In this document: piece by piece, positions 40,099 to 49,603 of the stretch | Position numbering within the stretch: the first letter of the stretch is position 1 | Layout of the letters: every line of letters begins with the position of its first letter | Assembly (NCBI GenBank): GCA_019058015.1 | Contig: JAHLWH010000134.1 | Coordinates: forward strand, 32,980-96,979 | Length of the DNA stretch: 64,000 nucleotides | DNA from: Promethearchaeota archaeon | GTDB taxonomy: Archaea; Asgardarchaeota; Lokiarchaeia; Sigyniarchaeales; SOKP01 | Direction: 5' to 3' | Notes under the pieces: model-generated | The model's input: the letters and a program-made list of their open reading frames with translations, nothing else | Told to the model about the DNA's origin: nothing | The model's database searches: none | Made by a program: the position numbers and the translations under genes

Positions 40099-41230
40099 TC
40101 AAGATTTATCCTTCGATAGATATACTGCAAACCTCGAGATATGCCATTTTAATGACAATTTTGGTCCAAATTTCTCATACATAATTTTTGATATATACCA
40201 AAATACCATTACGGTGATAGTTACTGGTATCCAGATACTATATATGTCAAGCCTATTCCAAAAGATTGGAGCTGTTATATCATGTAAAAAATATAACGTT
40301 AGTGAATAATATGAAAAATAAAATAAAAATCGATGTCTCCATTCTGGTGTAAATTTAAATTCGTGAAAATATGTTAGCAAACTAAAAAGGACTAAATCCC
40401 AACCAATTACCCATAACATTAAGGTAAGCACGCTCCTATCTACACCTAAAATTGTTCCCATTGTTTCGGTTGTTCTCCAAGTGGTAATATCGTGATGAAA
40501 TATAAAAATATTACTCAGAATTGAAGCAATGATTATTATTGTACCAAAAATTGCAAAATTTCTAACAATTTTCTTTTTTATTTGAGTTTTTCTTAAGTCT
40601 CCTTCTTCAATTGAATAAATCTCGTAGAAAATATCACCAACTATAGTGCCTAAACAAAAATTTGTAAAAAACGGTAATATTGGATATTCATGAGCAGGAA
40701 AAAAAATGAAATGATATATTAACTCCCAAAAAAGATTAATATATCTTAGACTTTCTAGCAAATCAAATACTGGATAAGAAATTATAAGTATAAACATTGC
40801 TAAAATTAAACGGACTACTTTTGGCAGCTTTAACAGAGGATAGGCAATTAATAAGCAAAAGCCAATTATAAAAAGAATATACCAACTCCAAAGTGCCAAT
40901 AAACCCGCAATGTAAATAACCGAAATTGCGTTATAAATTACAGCTAATAAAAAAAAAAAAAAAAGATCGATAATAATATTCCCTAATAAAATTTTGCTTC
41001 GAATAGTTAGGGTTCGATTTTACCTTATCCATCCTTCTTCTTATTGATAAAACCACACTAATTCCTGAAACAAAAAGAAAACCAGCTGCACCAACAACTT
41101 CCGTAGTCAATCTTAAAAGTATTAACGCCCAAGAATGTAAAGGCGATGCCCACCAATAGGATGTATGCCAAACAATCATAGCGAAAATGCAATAACCTCG
41201 AAAAGCATCAACACTTTTAATACGACGCAT
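40099..41230 (-). pseudogene. DUF1624 / heparan-alpha-glucosaminide N-acetyltransferase-like membrane protein, frameshifted at a T16 tract
   Basis: ORFs 40931-41230 and 40099-40899 are the N- and C-terminal parts of a paralogue of 41378-42472; they join if the A-run at 40949-40964 is 15 nt rather than 16. Confidence 0.85.
40949..40964. repeat. A16 homopolymer within coding sequence
   Basis: 16 consecutive A at the frameshift point. Confidence 0.95.
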
Positions 41231-41377
41231 GATTTCTTTCTACAAATTTTCCTTTAAAATTTTGAATTGAATTAATCCATTATATAAAAAAACTAATAAT
41301 ATAGATATTTTTAACCTTTTCAATTATTTTACCTTTTTGAATAAACAAAAAAATCGTCTTAGTGGCATAATCTATTC

Positions 41378-42472
41378 TTAATCTTTATCCTTTGATAAAT
41401 AAACTGCAGCTTTTGATATAACAGTTTTTAACGAAAATTTTGATCCAGTTTTCTTATGCATAATCTTTAATATCAGCCAGAATAGAATTACAGTGAGACT
41501 AGTTGGTATCCAGAAGTTATACATATTAAAAACATCCCAAAAAATTAAAGCTACGATATTATGGCCTAAATAAATTGTTAATGAATAGAACGAGAAATAA
41601 AATAAAAAGCGATTTTTCCATTTTGGTGATAATTTAAATTCATGTAAATATGTAAGAAACCCCATTATAATTAAATCCCAGCCAATTGCATATATTATCC
41701 AAGTAAATGAACCTCTAATTAAAAATGAGATTGGGTCATTAAATGTATATATCGAACTTATTATTGCAAGTAAGATTAGAATTGTGCCATAGAATAAAAA
41801 ATTAATCACAATTTTCTTTTTTACTAAAGTTCTTCTTAAATTTTCATCTTTAATTGAATAAATTTCATAGAAAACTTCACCGACCACTGTACCTAAACAG
41901 AAAAAAGAAAACATTGGTAAAATTGGGTCTTCCCAGGGAGGATGAAACAGTAAATGATAAATTATCCACCCACCTCCATCAATATCTTTTAAACTTTCTA
42001 GAGCAATAAATAAAGGATAAGTAATAAAAACTATAAGAAATGCTAAAATTATACGATAAACTTTAGGTAATTTTACTAAAGGGTACCCAATCGCTAAACA
42101 AACAGGTATGGTTAGTAGAATATACCAACTCCAAAGTCCCCATATTCCCCAACGCCAAAGAACTGTAACAGCATTATAAATCAAACCTATAGCCAAAAAG
42201 AATGATGTTCTATAATAATACTCTTTGAGAAATACGCGCTTTGAATAATTCAGGTCAGATTTTACTTTTTCCTTTCTTAATCTTATCGATAATGTAGTAC
42301 TTATTCCCGAAATAAAGAGAAAAGCAGATGCTCCTATAAACTCTATCATCATTCTGCCAGCTGTATGCACCCAAATATCTGAAGGTGTTATCCACCATTC
42401 AAAAATGTGCATAAAAACCATATATAACATACACAAACCTCTAAAAGCATCAATTGATTTTATACGGCGCAT
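41378..42472 (-). CDS. DUF1624 / HGSNAT-like membrane acyltransferase
   Basis: 'RIKSIDAFRGLCMLYMVFMH', 'FLFISGIS', multi-TM. Confidence 0.85.
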   Translation of the reverse strand: MRRIKSIDAFRGLCMLYMVFMHIFEWWITPSDIWVHTAGRMMIEFIGASAFLFISGISTTLSIRLRKEKVKSDLNYSKRVFLKEYYYRTSFFLAIGLIYNAVTVLWRWGIWGLWSWYILLTIPVCLAIGYPLVKLPKVYRIILAFLIVFITYPLFIALESLKDIDGGGWIIYHLLFHPPWEDPILPMFSFFCLGTVVGEVFYEIYSIKDENLRRTLVKKKIVINFLFYGTILILLAIISSIYTFNDPISFLIRGSFTWIIYAIGWDLIIMGFLTYLHEFKLSPKWKNRFLFYFSFYSLTIYLGHNIVALIFWDVFNMYNFWIPTSLTVILFWLILKIMHKKTGSKFSLKTVISKAAVYLSKDKD

Positions 42473-42550
42473 AATATCTTTTCAGCCTTTATTTTAATTT
42501 TTAAAAAAAAATTTAAATAATGAAGTAAATAATAAATAAAAAATTTATTT

Positions 42551-43354
42551 CTATTGTTTAAAATTTAAAGCTTCAGAAATTGATGAATTTCCAAAATAAA
42601 CATTTTTGGCTAAATTTTCATCAAATTTTATCTCACTATTTAATTTTTTAGGAAGCTCACTTTGAGAATTTTTTTCATTGCTATTTAATATGTTCATAGA
42701 TTTTATTGCCTTAATTCCACGAATTGCTATCCAAATTGCCGAAATTTCATGTTTCGAAATTTTAAAAATGTGTTTATTATATTTCATTTTAGAAGTATTT
42801 CTTTCATCGACAAGATAAAAGATTGGAATAAATTCTTTAAATTCGTAAGATAAAATTTCCAATAAAGACTCAAATAAACTCGGAACTCCTATTCCAAAGA
42901 AGATCTTTATTATAATTGGCTTTAACTTATCAGAATTAAAATAAGAGATGAATTTTCCAATATAATCGACAAATTCCCTTTGATTGTGTAAGATTTTAGA
43001 AATCAAAAAATACTCATCTAAGAAAATTGCAATCCCACTTTTATTTTTACCTGGATCAACTGAAAATATTAATTCGAAATATCGCTTCTTAAAACCAAAT
43101 TTATGAGTTGCAAGAATTTGCATTATATATTCTTCAAAATCTTGTGTATCTGAATAAACTAAAAATCGATCTGTTTTATTTTCAGAAGAAATTCCATCAA
43201 ATTCTTTTTGTGTGGTAAGAATAATTCCTTTAATATTTCTTAATTTTACACCATAATTTAAAACATAAAAGGGGATTCTAAGTTCATTTAAACTATTATT
43301 AACTTTATAAAAAAAGCGGGAATCGTTACTGTAAAAATATAATTTCTGCTTCAA
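42551..43354 (-). CDS. YqgF/RuvX-like RNase H-fold protein with N-terminal extra domain
   Basis: 'FSVDPGKNKSGIAIF', 'IFFGIG', 'LVDERNTS', 'HEISAIWIA'. Confidence 0.65.
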   Translation of the reverse strand: MKQKLYFYSNDSRFFYKVNNSLNELRIPFYVLNYGVKLRNIKGIILTTQKEFDGISSENKTDRFLVYSDTQDFEEYIMQILATHKFGFKKRYFELIFSVDPGKNKSGIAIFLDEYFLISKILHNQREFVDYIGKFISYFNSDKLKPIIIKIFFGIGVPSLFESLLEILSYEFKEFIPIFYLVDERNTSKMKYNKHIFKISKHEISAIWIAIRGIKAIKSMNILNSNEKNSQSELPKKLNSEIKFDENLAKNVYFGNSSISEALNFKQ

Positions 43355-43399
43355 TTTAAATATCGTTACTGTAAAAATATAATTTCTGCTTCAATTTAA
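43322..43399. repeat. Tandem direct repeat (2 x 38 bp, 40-bp period) duplicating the start of the 42551-43354 gene
   Basis: ATCGTTACTGTAAAAATATAATTTCTGCTTCAATTTAA at 43322-43359 and 43362-43399. Confidence 0.95.
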
Positions 43400-43410
43400 T
43401 TATATTAAAA

Positions 43411-43431
43411 ATAAATTTATATATCAATTTT
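43411..43431 (+). repeat. 21-bp direct repeat, left copy (contains TATA-like TTTATATA)
   Basis: ATAAATTTATATATCAATTTT, identical to 46173-46193. Confidence 0.85.
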
Positions 43432-43446
43432 ACTAGAATTTTTTGA

Positions 43447-44517
43447 AGATATATAATAATAGTAAATGAAAATTCTTTTTTTTCTGAATTACTGTACGAC
43501 CTTAATCTTATTGAACTTATTTCCGAAATTGGTTCATTAATTAAAATTGGTGGAGGTTGGAGCCTGTTTAATCTTTTTAGAGATGTAGAAATATCAGTAA
43601 AATATTTTTATAACGATTTTTATTCGAAGTTTGTTCCCTTTTTAGAAGATCTCTCGCATAGCTTTGATGGAGTCTCTTACAGCGGATTCAGTTGTGATGG
43701 GCACACATTATATTTTGATATTACCAGATATCAAGTTTCAAATTTCGCAAGATTGTCTGGAACTAATGATCCTATATATCAAGCTCGACCCAAGTCATAT
43801 TTTAAATTGGACTTCAGCGAATAAGATAGTGCCGAATTTCGGGCAAACATGTATAAATTATACTGTGCGTTTATGGACCATTATCATGTGAGGCTTTTTG
43901 CATTTGATCTAACCGGGAAAGAAGCGCAACCACAAGATACATTGTTTATCTTTGGATGGATGGGCGTTCAGAAATCGAATCAAGATGGCGTTATGGGTAG
44001 ATATTACATTCAGAGTGCTATTACGGGGGAGTATTTACAGGGGATTGCCGACATATTCGATGATTTAATAACGGATTTCATGTCCCAAGATGGAGTGCCC
44101 ACGGCGGTTAATTCGATGGGAGATATGCTCGCATTAAACAATCTCTTGTTTGTGAAGACGTTATTGACCGCGAAAAAGAATCCTAAAAATCGCATTTCAT
44201 ACTTCAAGCAGAATATTGACAAGAACTATATCGAGGTATTTAACGGAGAAGTTGCTCCCAAATTACCAGATGCCGAAAGAGACCTATGGGATTGGTGGTA
44301 TGATGAGTATATGATAAATAAAAACCCAATTGATCAAGTGGGTGTTGTAATTTTCTTAAGTATAATGCTTGACGAAGAGATAGATGTAATTGATGATTGG
44401 TTTAGAAACACAGATGATTTTAATTTTGAATGGATTGATATTGAATTGCAGCCGTGGTTTAAGCCCGAATTTTTAGTCCTACATAAGTATTTTCCCAATG
44501 TTCAACATGTAAATTAA
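43447..44517 (+). pseudogene. Start-less ORF with one internal TAA (43822-43824); the 43849-44517 ORF is its 3' part
   Basis: The frame of 43849-44517 stays open upstream to 43447 except for a single TAA; no start codon at the 5' end; no recognisable family. Confidence 0.6.
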
Positions 44518-44598
44518 ACACAAAATTAAGGCACTGCTAAGATTTATAATTTTAAATTCCTTTCTTATTTATTAGAATTTAAGTATAAATAAAGTGAA

Positions 44599-45624
44599 TT
44601 GAACTTGGAAAAGCCCGAAGAAACCGAAGATAAGAGGATGCAAGATAGAAAGGAAGCAAAGTTAAGAGATGTTGAGAAGATTTCGGATGATTTTGAACGA
44701 AAAAAACTTAGGGAGATTTTCGAAGACTTTAATTATAAAAAAAATCCACCAAGTTTTTTCCTAGATTGGCAGGGAAGAGTTATGACTCTTATTATATCTG
44801 GTGCAGAAATTGATGATCCATCCATATTTTCTAAATTTACTCACCTTTCAAAATTCCGCCTTTCTGGCATAAAAATTCAAGATATTGATTGGCTAAACTC
44901 GCTTGTTAAACTCCAACAGTTGGGCATGAACAATGATAATATAAAAAGGATAGAGGGTCTTAAAAATTTAAAATATTTAAGAGAATTAAATTTAGGAAAA
45001 AATCAGATAGAAGAAATTTCAGGATTGGAAAATCTACACAATTTAATAACTTTAAAATTACATGAAAACCAAATATCTGAAATTAAAGGACTTGATAACC
45101 AAATTAAGTTAGATTACCTTAGGTTATCTGATAATCATATAGCTGATATTAAGGGTCTCGAAAACCTTAGAAATTTAAGGGATTTGTATTTAGAAAACAA
45201 CGAAATTATCGAGATTAAAGGTCTCGACAACCTCGAGAATATTCACTACATAGATTTAGAAAACAACAGAATCACCGAAATTAAGGGGCTGGACAACCTT
45301 TCCACGCTTCATGACCTTAATTTAGCTAGAAATCAGATTACCGAACTCAAGGGAATTAATGGCTTAATCAACCTTTATACTATTAGCGTCGATTTTAACC
45401 CGATAACGAAAATCCACCCGATAAGGGACGTTCCTAATCTTGAGCTCGTGTCATTCTTTAACCCGGATTCTTTTTCAAGGGCAGATATTGATGAGGTAAA
45501 TAAGGAATTAAGAGAGGAGGGATTCGAATTGTCTTTATGTGAGAAAAGCGAGGGGGAAGGAGATGGAGTACATTCTCACGTTCTTGAGATATGGGCAATA
45601 CCTGATGAATTCGAAGATTATTAA
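44599..45624 (+). CDS. Leucine-rich repeat protein (SDS22-like)
   Basis: About 8 tandem 22-aa repeats 'LxxLxxLxLxxNxIxEIKGLxN'. Confidence 0.93.
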   Translation: MNLEKPEETEDKRMQDRKEAKLRDVEKISDDFERKKLREIFEDFNYKKNPPSFFLDWQGRVMTLIISGAEIDDPSIFSKFTHLSKFRLSGIKIQDIDWLNSLVKLQQLGMNNDNIKRIEGLKNLKYLRELNLGKNQIEEISGLENLHNLITLKLHENQISEIKGLDNQIKLDYLRLSDNHIADIKGLENLRNLRDLYLENNEIIEIKGLDNLENIHYIDLENNRITEIKGLDNLSTLHDLNLARNQITELKGINGLINLYTISVDFNPITKIHPIRDVPNLELVSFFNPDSFSRADIDEVNKELREEGFELSLCEKSEGEGDGVHSHVLEIWAIPDEFEDY

Positions 45625-45789
45625 GAGGATAAAGCAAAACCCGAGAAAAAGGTTTGAATAAAGAATAAATATATACATTTGTAGATGATATTAAAATAAG
45701 CCCATTAGATCGTCATTTCTAATCCAAAATGATATAAAGTATATGAATGGTAAACTTGTTCGAAATTCGGTATCTTTTATATGTTTTAT

Positions 45790-45980
45790 GACCGTTTTTT
45801 TATATACGAATTAAAAACCATTTAATTTTATTAATGTATGTCTCTCTAGAGATGAGAAAATAGGATGTAAAGAGATTTACGATTTTTTGAAAAATCGTGT
45901 TTTTATCATTTTTCACAAGTTTATATCTTTGTATAAATCGACCATTTTTTTACATATAAATTAGTAACTATTTAATTTTA
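45790..45980. repeat. Degenerate 41-bp direct repeat at 150-bp spacing
   Basis: 45790-45830 vs 45940-45980, 34/41 identical (GACCRTTTTTTTAYATA...ATTTAATTTTA). Confidence 0.75.
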
Positions 45981-46172
45981 ATTCAAAATTTGATTAAGAA
46001 AGATCTGTTAACTTTAAGTCCTAATAAAATAGAAGAAATTGAAGAGCTTTTCTTGCGGAAAGTACCGCGTAATGGATGTTATTTATATAAATGTTATTTT
46101 AAAGTATATTCCTTATAATCTCATGATTAAAATTATAAATAAATTAGAAATTTATCTCTAAATATAAACAAT

Positions 46173-46193
46173 ATAAATTTATATATCAATTTT
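46173..46193 (+). promoter_or_regulatory. 21-bp direct repeat, right copy; probable BRE/TATA region of the radB-trm1-rlmE operon
   Basis: TTTATATA box ~40 bp upstream of ATG 46224; identical to 43411-43431. Confidence 0.6.
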
Positions 46194-46223
46194 CCTAATT
46201 ATTGTTTGAAATGCTAATATCGA

Positions 46224-46958
46224 ATGAAAATAACAATAGGAACAAACATTATGAAAAAAGTTTGCGAACTTAAAGATCTGATTATCAAAACTATCCAAAA
46301 AAATTCCATAACTTCAATTTGGGGCGATATTGGAGTCGGAAAGACAACATTAGCACTTCAGATTGCTTTAAATTTTTCACAACAAAATGAAAAAGTAATT
46401 TTTATCTACACAAAGGATGAATTTCCTTCCCTGAAATTTGAAAACCTAAAGAGTAAAATGGATAAGGAAAAATCAAGTAATATTATTTTCATTAAAATTG
46501 AGGATTTTGATGATTTATTACAATATGTTCTAAATTTGGAATTTGTATTATTAGATCTAAAAAGAGTTGAAAATAAAAATATCTTCCAAATTCAATTAAT
46601 TATAATTGATTCTCCATTTGATCTTTATTCATTAAAAACAGATAAGACAAAGAAGAAGAAAAACGTCGAATTAAATCATAAATTAAATCAAATTTTAGCC
46701 ACTTTAACTTATTTAAACCAAAAATATGGCATTAACATAATAATTACCAACTATGAAGCAACAATTAAAGAAAATGAAAATTATTTCATAAAAGAAAAGG
46801 GTGGAAAGGTAGCAGAATATTGGGTACCTAATACTATTCAAATTCTAAGAACTGAGAATATGTCAGAAAGAATTCTATTATTAAAAAACCGACCACAATC
46901 AATAAGATATGAAATTAAAGTAAAACTTGATGATTCTGGATTTAATGAGATTAAATAA
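46224..46958 (+). CDS. radB: RadB-like RecA-family ATPase
   Basis: Walker A 'GDIGVGKT', Walker B 'LIIIDS', 'IIITN', 'GGKVAEYW'; no N-terminal HhH domain. Confidence 0.75.
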   Translation: MKITIGTNIMKKVCELKDLIIKTIQKNSITSIWGDIGVGKTTLALQIALNFSQQNEKVIFIYTKDEFPSLKFENLKSKMDKEKSSNIIFIKIEDFDDLLQYVLNLEFVLLDLKRVENKNIFQIQLIIIDSPFDLYSLKTDKTKKKKNVELNHKLNQILATLTYLNQKYGINIIITNYEATIKENENYFIKEKGGKVAEYWVPNTIQILRTENMSERILLLKNRPQSIRYEIKVKLDDSGFNEIK

Positions 46959-46984
46959 AATTTTTTAGAGATTATTCTTTAAAG

Positions 46985-48211
46985 ATGAATGAAAACAATC
47001 AAAAATTTAAAAATGATAACTTTATTGTAGAAAAAGAAGGATTGGTTAATTTTTTCTTACATTCGGTTGATAAGAATAATATTCCTTCGAAATCTATGGT
47101 TGTTTTTTATAATAAAAAAATGGAAATCAATCGAGACATTACTAATTTAGCCATAATGGCTTATAATAAATTATTCAATCAAAATAAACTTGTTATTGTA
47201 GATTCTATGGCGGCTTCTGGAATTGGTTCAATTAGAATGTTAAAAGAATGTAAAAATATAAAACAAATATATATTAATGACATCAATCCTATGGCTATCG
47301 ACTTAATTAAGAAGAATATTCAAATAAATAATTTAAAGGACTTAGAATCACTAATTAAAATTTCAAAAAAGAGTGCAAATTTATTATTTTCAGAACTCGC
47401 TTTAATGAAACAAGATGAAAAACCTGATATAATTTCAATAGATCCATTTGGAACGCCAAACTTATACATTGATTCTGCTTTTAAAGCAATTAAGAAAAAA
47501 CATGGCTTAATCTGCATAACAGCTACAGATACTGCTGTTTTATTTGGAATTAGAAAGAAAGCTTGTCTAAGAAAATATATGTCAAAACCACTCCATACAG
47601 ATTATTGTAAGGAAATTGGCGCAAGAATTTTATTATATTTTATCTCAAGAATCGCTAATATTAATAATTTAGGGATTCATCCTCTTTTAACCTTTTACTC
47701 TAACCACTTTATTAGAATAATTGCTCTCGTTTTTAAAAATAAAGAAAGAATTTTTGAAAATATTAAAAATTATGGTTATATCTTTCATTGTAATAATTGC
47801 GGATATAGAACCAGTTTTAAAGGCAACACCTTACAAATCCCACATATTTGTATGTCATGTGAAGAAGATCAAAATTTAGACCTTGCAGGTCCATTATGGT
47901 TAGGAAAAATTCATAAAGAAGATTTTTTACATTATTTAATTGAATTAAATAAATATTCTGACTTTAAAAATAAGAATAAAATTGAAAAAATTCTAAGCTT
48001 TACTTTAGAAGAAATCAATATGCCTATATCATATTATAATATTCATAAACTCTGTGAAGAATTAACACTTCAATCTGTGCCCAAAATGGATCTTATTATC
48101 AAAAAAATAAAAGAAAAAGGTTATTTAGCTTCAAGAACCCATTTTGACTTCATTTCAATAAAAACAAATATGGAAATTAAAGAACTAAAAAGGTTGCTAT
48201 CATCACTTTAA
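46985..48211 (+). CDS. trm1: tRNA (guanine26-N2)-dimethyltransferase
   Basis: 'VFYNKKMEINRD', 'AASGIGSIR', 'IDPFGTP', 'TATDTA', 'GPLWLG', 'SRTHF'. Confidence 0.96.
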   Translation: MNENNQKFKNDNFIVEKEGLVNFFLHSVDKNNIPSKSMVVFYNKKMEINRDITNLAIMAYNKLFNQNKLVIVDSMAASGIGSIRMLKECKNIKQIYINDINPMAIDLIKKNIQINNLKDLESLIKISKKSANLLFSELALMKQDEKPDIISIDPFGTPNLYIDSAFKAIKKKHGLICITATDTAVLFGIRKKACLRKYMSKPLHTDYCKEIGARILLYFISRIANINNLGIHPLLTFYSNHFIRIIALVFKNKERIFENIKNYGYIFHCNNCGYRTSFKGNTLQIPHICMSCEEDQNLDLAGPLWLGKIHKEDFLHYLIELNKYSDFKNKNKIEKILSFTLEEINMPISYYNIHKLCEELTLQSVPKMDLIIKKIKEKGYLASRTHFDFISIKTNMEIKELKRLLSSL

Positions 48212-48219
48212 AATATTAG

Positions 48220-48861
48220 ATGAATTATATGGGTAAAAAATGGATTAAAGAACATAAAAAAGAACATTACTATAAAAATGCAAAAAGACATGGTTATAGA
48301 GCAAGATCTGCCTATAAATTAATTCAAATAAATAAAAAATTTAATATCTTTAAAGATATTTTTTCTTTATTAGATTTTGGTTGCGCTCCCGGCTCTTGGT
48401 TACAAGCTTCAGTTGAATTTATCTCCGAGAATTTAAGAAAATCTAAAAAAAATATTAAACCAAAAATTTTGGGGATCGATCTAAAAAGAATCACTCCCAT
48501 AAAAGGTGCAGATTTTTTACAAATGGATATTCATGATACATCATTACAAGAGAAATTAATTAAGTTTTTTGACAATAAAAAAATTGATCTCATAATATCC
48601 GATTGTTCAATAAAAAAAACTGGTAATAAAACACTTGACCAAGTAAGCCAGATCAAAATTTGTGATCGAATACTGGAGATTGCGATTGTTTTGCTTAAAA
48701 AGAATAGTTTTCTTATTTTAAAATGTTTTGAAGGATCTGAATTACCTAAATTCGTAAAATCGGTAGAAGAAAAATTTCATAAAGTTAGAAAATTTATACC
48801 AGAGGCAACTCGTTCTAGAAGTAATGAAATTTTTTTAGTTTGTCAATCCATTCTTTATTAA
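48220..48861 (+). CDS. rlmE: 23S rRNA Um2552 2'-O-methyltransferase (RlmE/FtsJ)
   Basis: 'YRARSAYKL', 'DFGCAPGSWLQ', 'PEATRSRSNE'. Confidence 0.95.
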   Translation: MNYMGKKWIKEHKKEHYYKNAKRHGYRARSAYKLIQINKKFNIFKDIFSLLDFGCAPGSWLQASVEFISENLRKSKKNIKPKILGIDLKRITPIKGADFLQMDIHDTSLQEKLIKFFDNKKIDLIISDCSIKKTGNKTLDQVSQIKICDRILEIAIVLLKKNSFLILKCFEGSELPKFVKSVEEKFHKVRKFIPEATRSRSNEIFLVCQSILY

Positions 48862-49405
48862 TATTTAAGTCCATTCCTTCAAAGGGATTTTGATACGTTT
48901 TATTATCGAGACAGTGCCAGATCCAGTCAGTAAACCATGAACAAAACCTAGGATTAAATCTTACTTGAGTGTTATCACATATATCTATGAAAGGACATAA
49001 AAAACAAGGCATACGCCAAACCATGTCCCATATAAAATCATCCTTTTTTTTATCAAGTTTTTTTGACATTTTGGCAGTTTTTTCTCTTAAATCTTCGATA
49101 TAAAAAATACGTTTCGTCCAATTCGCAGAGTCTAATTCTCTCTGAACTTTTATTCTTGATTTTAATTCTAAGGTTTCTAAAATTCTTTCAATCTTATTGC
49201 TGGAAATATTTCCCTTCTTTTTTAATTCTTCTATGAACAACTCGCCTTCTTGTCTAATTATTTCGAGAATTGCGGCTTCATCTTTTTTTAATTTTCTACT
49301 TATTTCTTTTCTTATAAATTCTAATCTCGTTTGCCTTCGATCTTGCTCTGTTTCCTCATCCTCACTCTCTATTCGCTGCTTAACCTTACACTTATGTCTG
49401 GACAA
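48815..49405 (-). CDS. TFE beta / RPC34 (C39) homologue: winged helix plus C-terminal [4Fe-4S] domain
   Basis: wHTH segment followed by 'MPCFLCPFIDICDNTQVRFNPRFCSWFTDWI' (PCxxC-x5-C...P-x2-C-x5-W). Confidence 0.8.
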   Translation of the reverse strand: MSRHKCKVKQRIESEDEETEQDRRQTRLEFIRKEISRKLKKDEAAILEIIRQEGELFIEELKKKGNISSNKIERILETLELKSRIKVQRELDSANWTKRIFYIEDLREKTAKMSKKLDKKKDDFIWDMVWRMPCFLCPFIDICDNTQVRFNPRFCSWFTDWIWHCLDNKTYQNPFEGMDLNINKEWIDKLKKFHYF

Positions 49406-49603
49406 GTATATAAATTCTTGGTTACAATATGGACAGCGTTCTTTATGCTTTTTACTTATTTTTCCTCATCTCAATTAGGTTCTTCTTACTCAAAAAATTA
49501 TATATGCCAGATTTTTAATAGAAAATGAAAATAAAATAGATTAATAAACTGATTTTTTTATAAATTATTAAAAATTAAATTTTAACTTTACTATTTTGGA
49601 TTA

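Noticed and set aside
43322-43399. 38-bp repeat as a CRISPR array
   Set aside because: Only two copies, a 2-bp gap instead of a spacer, the unit is coding sequence, and there are no cas genes
43822-43824. Internal stop as selenocysteine or pyrrolysine read-through
   Set aside because: The codon is TAA, not TGA or TAG
43664-43891. 75-aa ORF on + strand
   Set aside because: Alternative-frame overlap of the longer interrupted frame 43447-44517
46040-46080. GC hairpin as a structured ncRNA or SECIS element
   Set aside because: Only a 4-bp stem, no upstream in-frame TGA selenoprotein candidate and no recognisable RNA family
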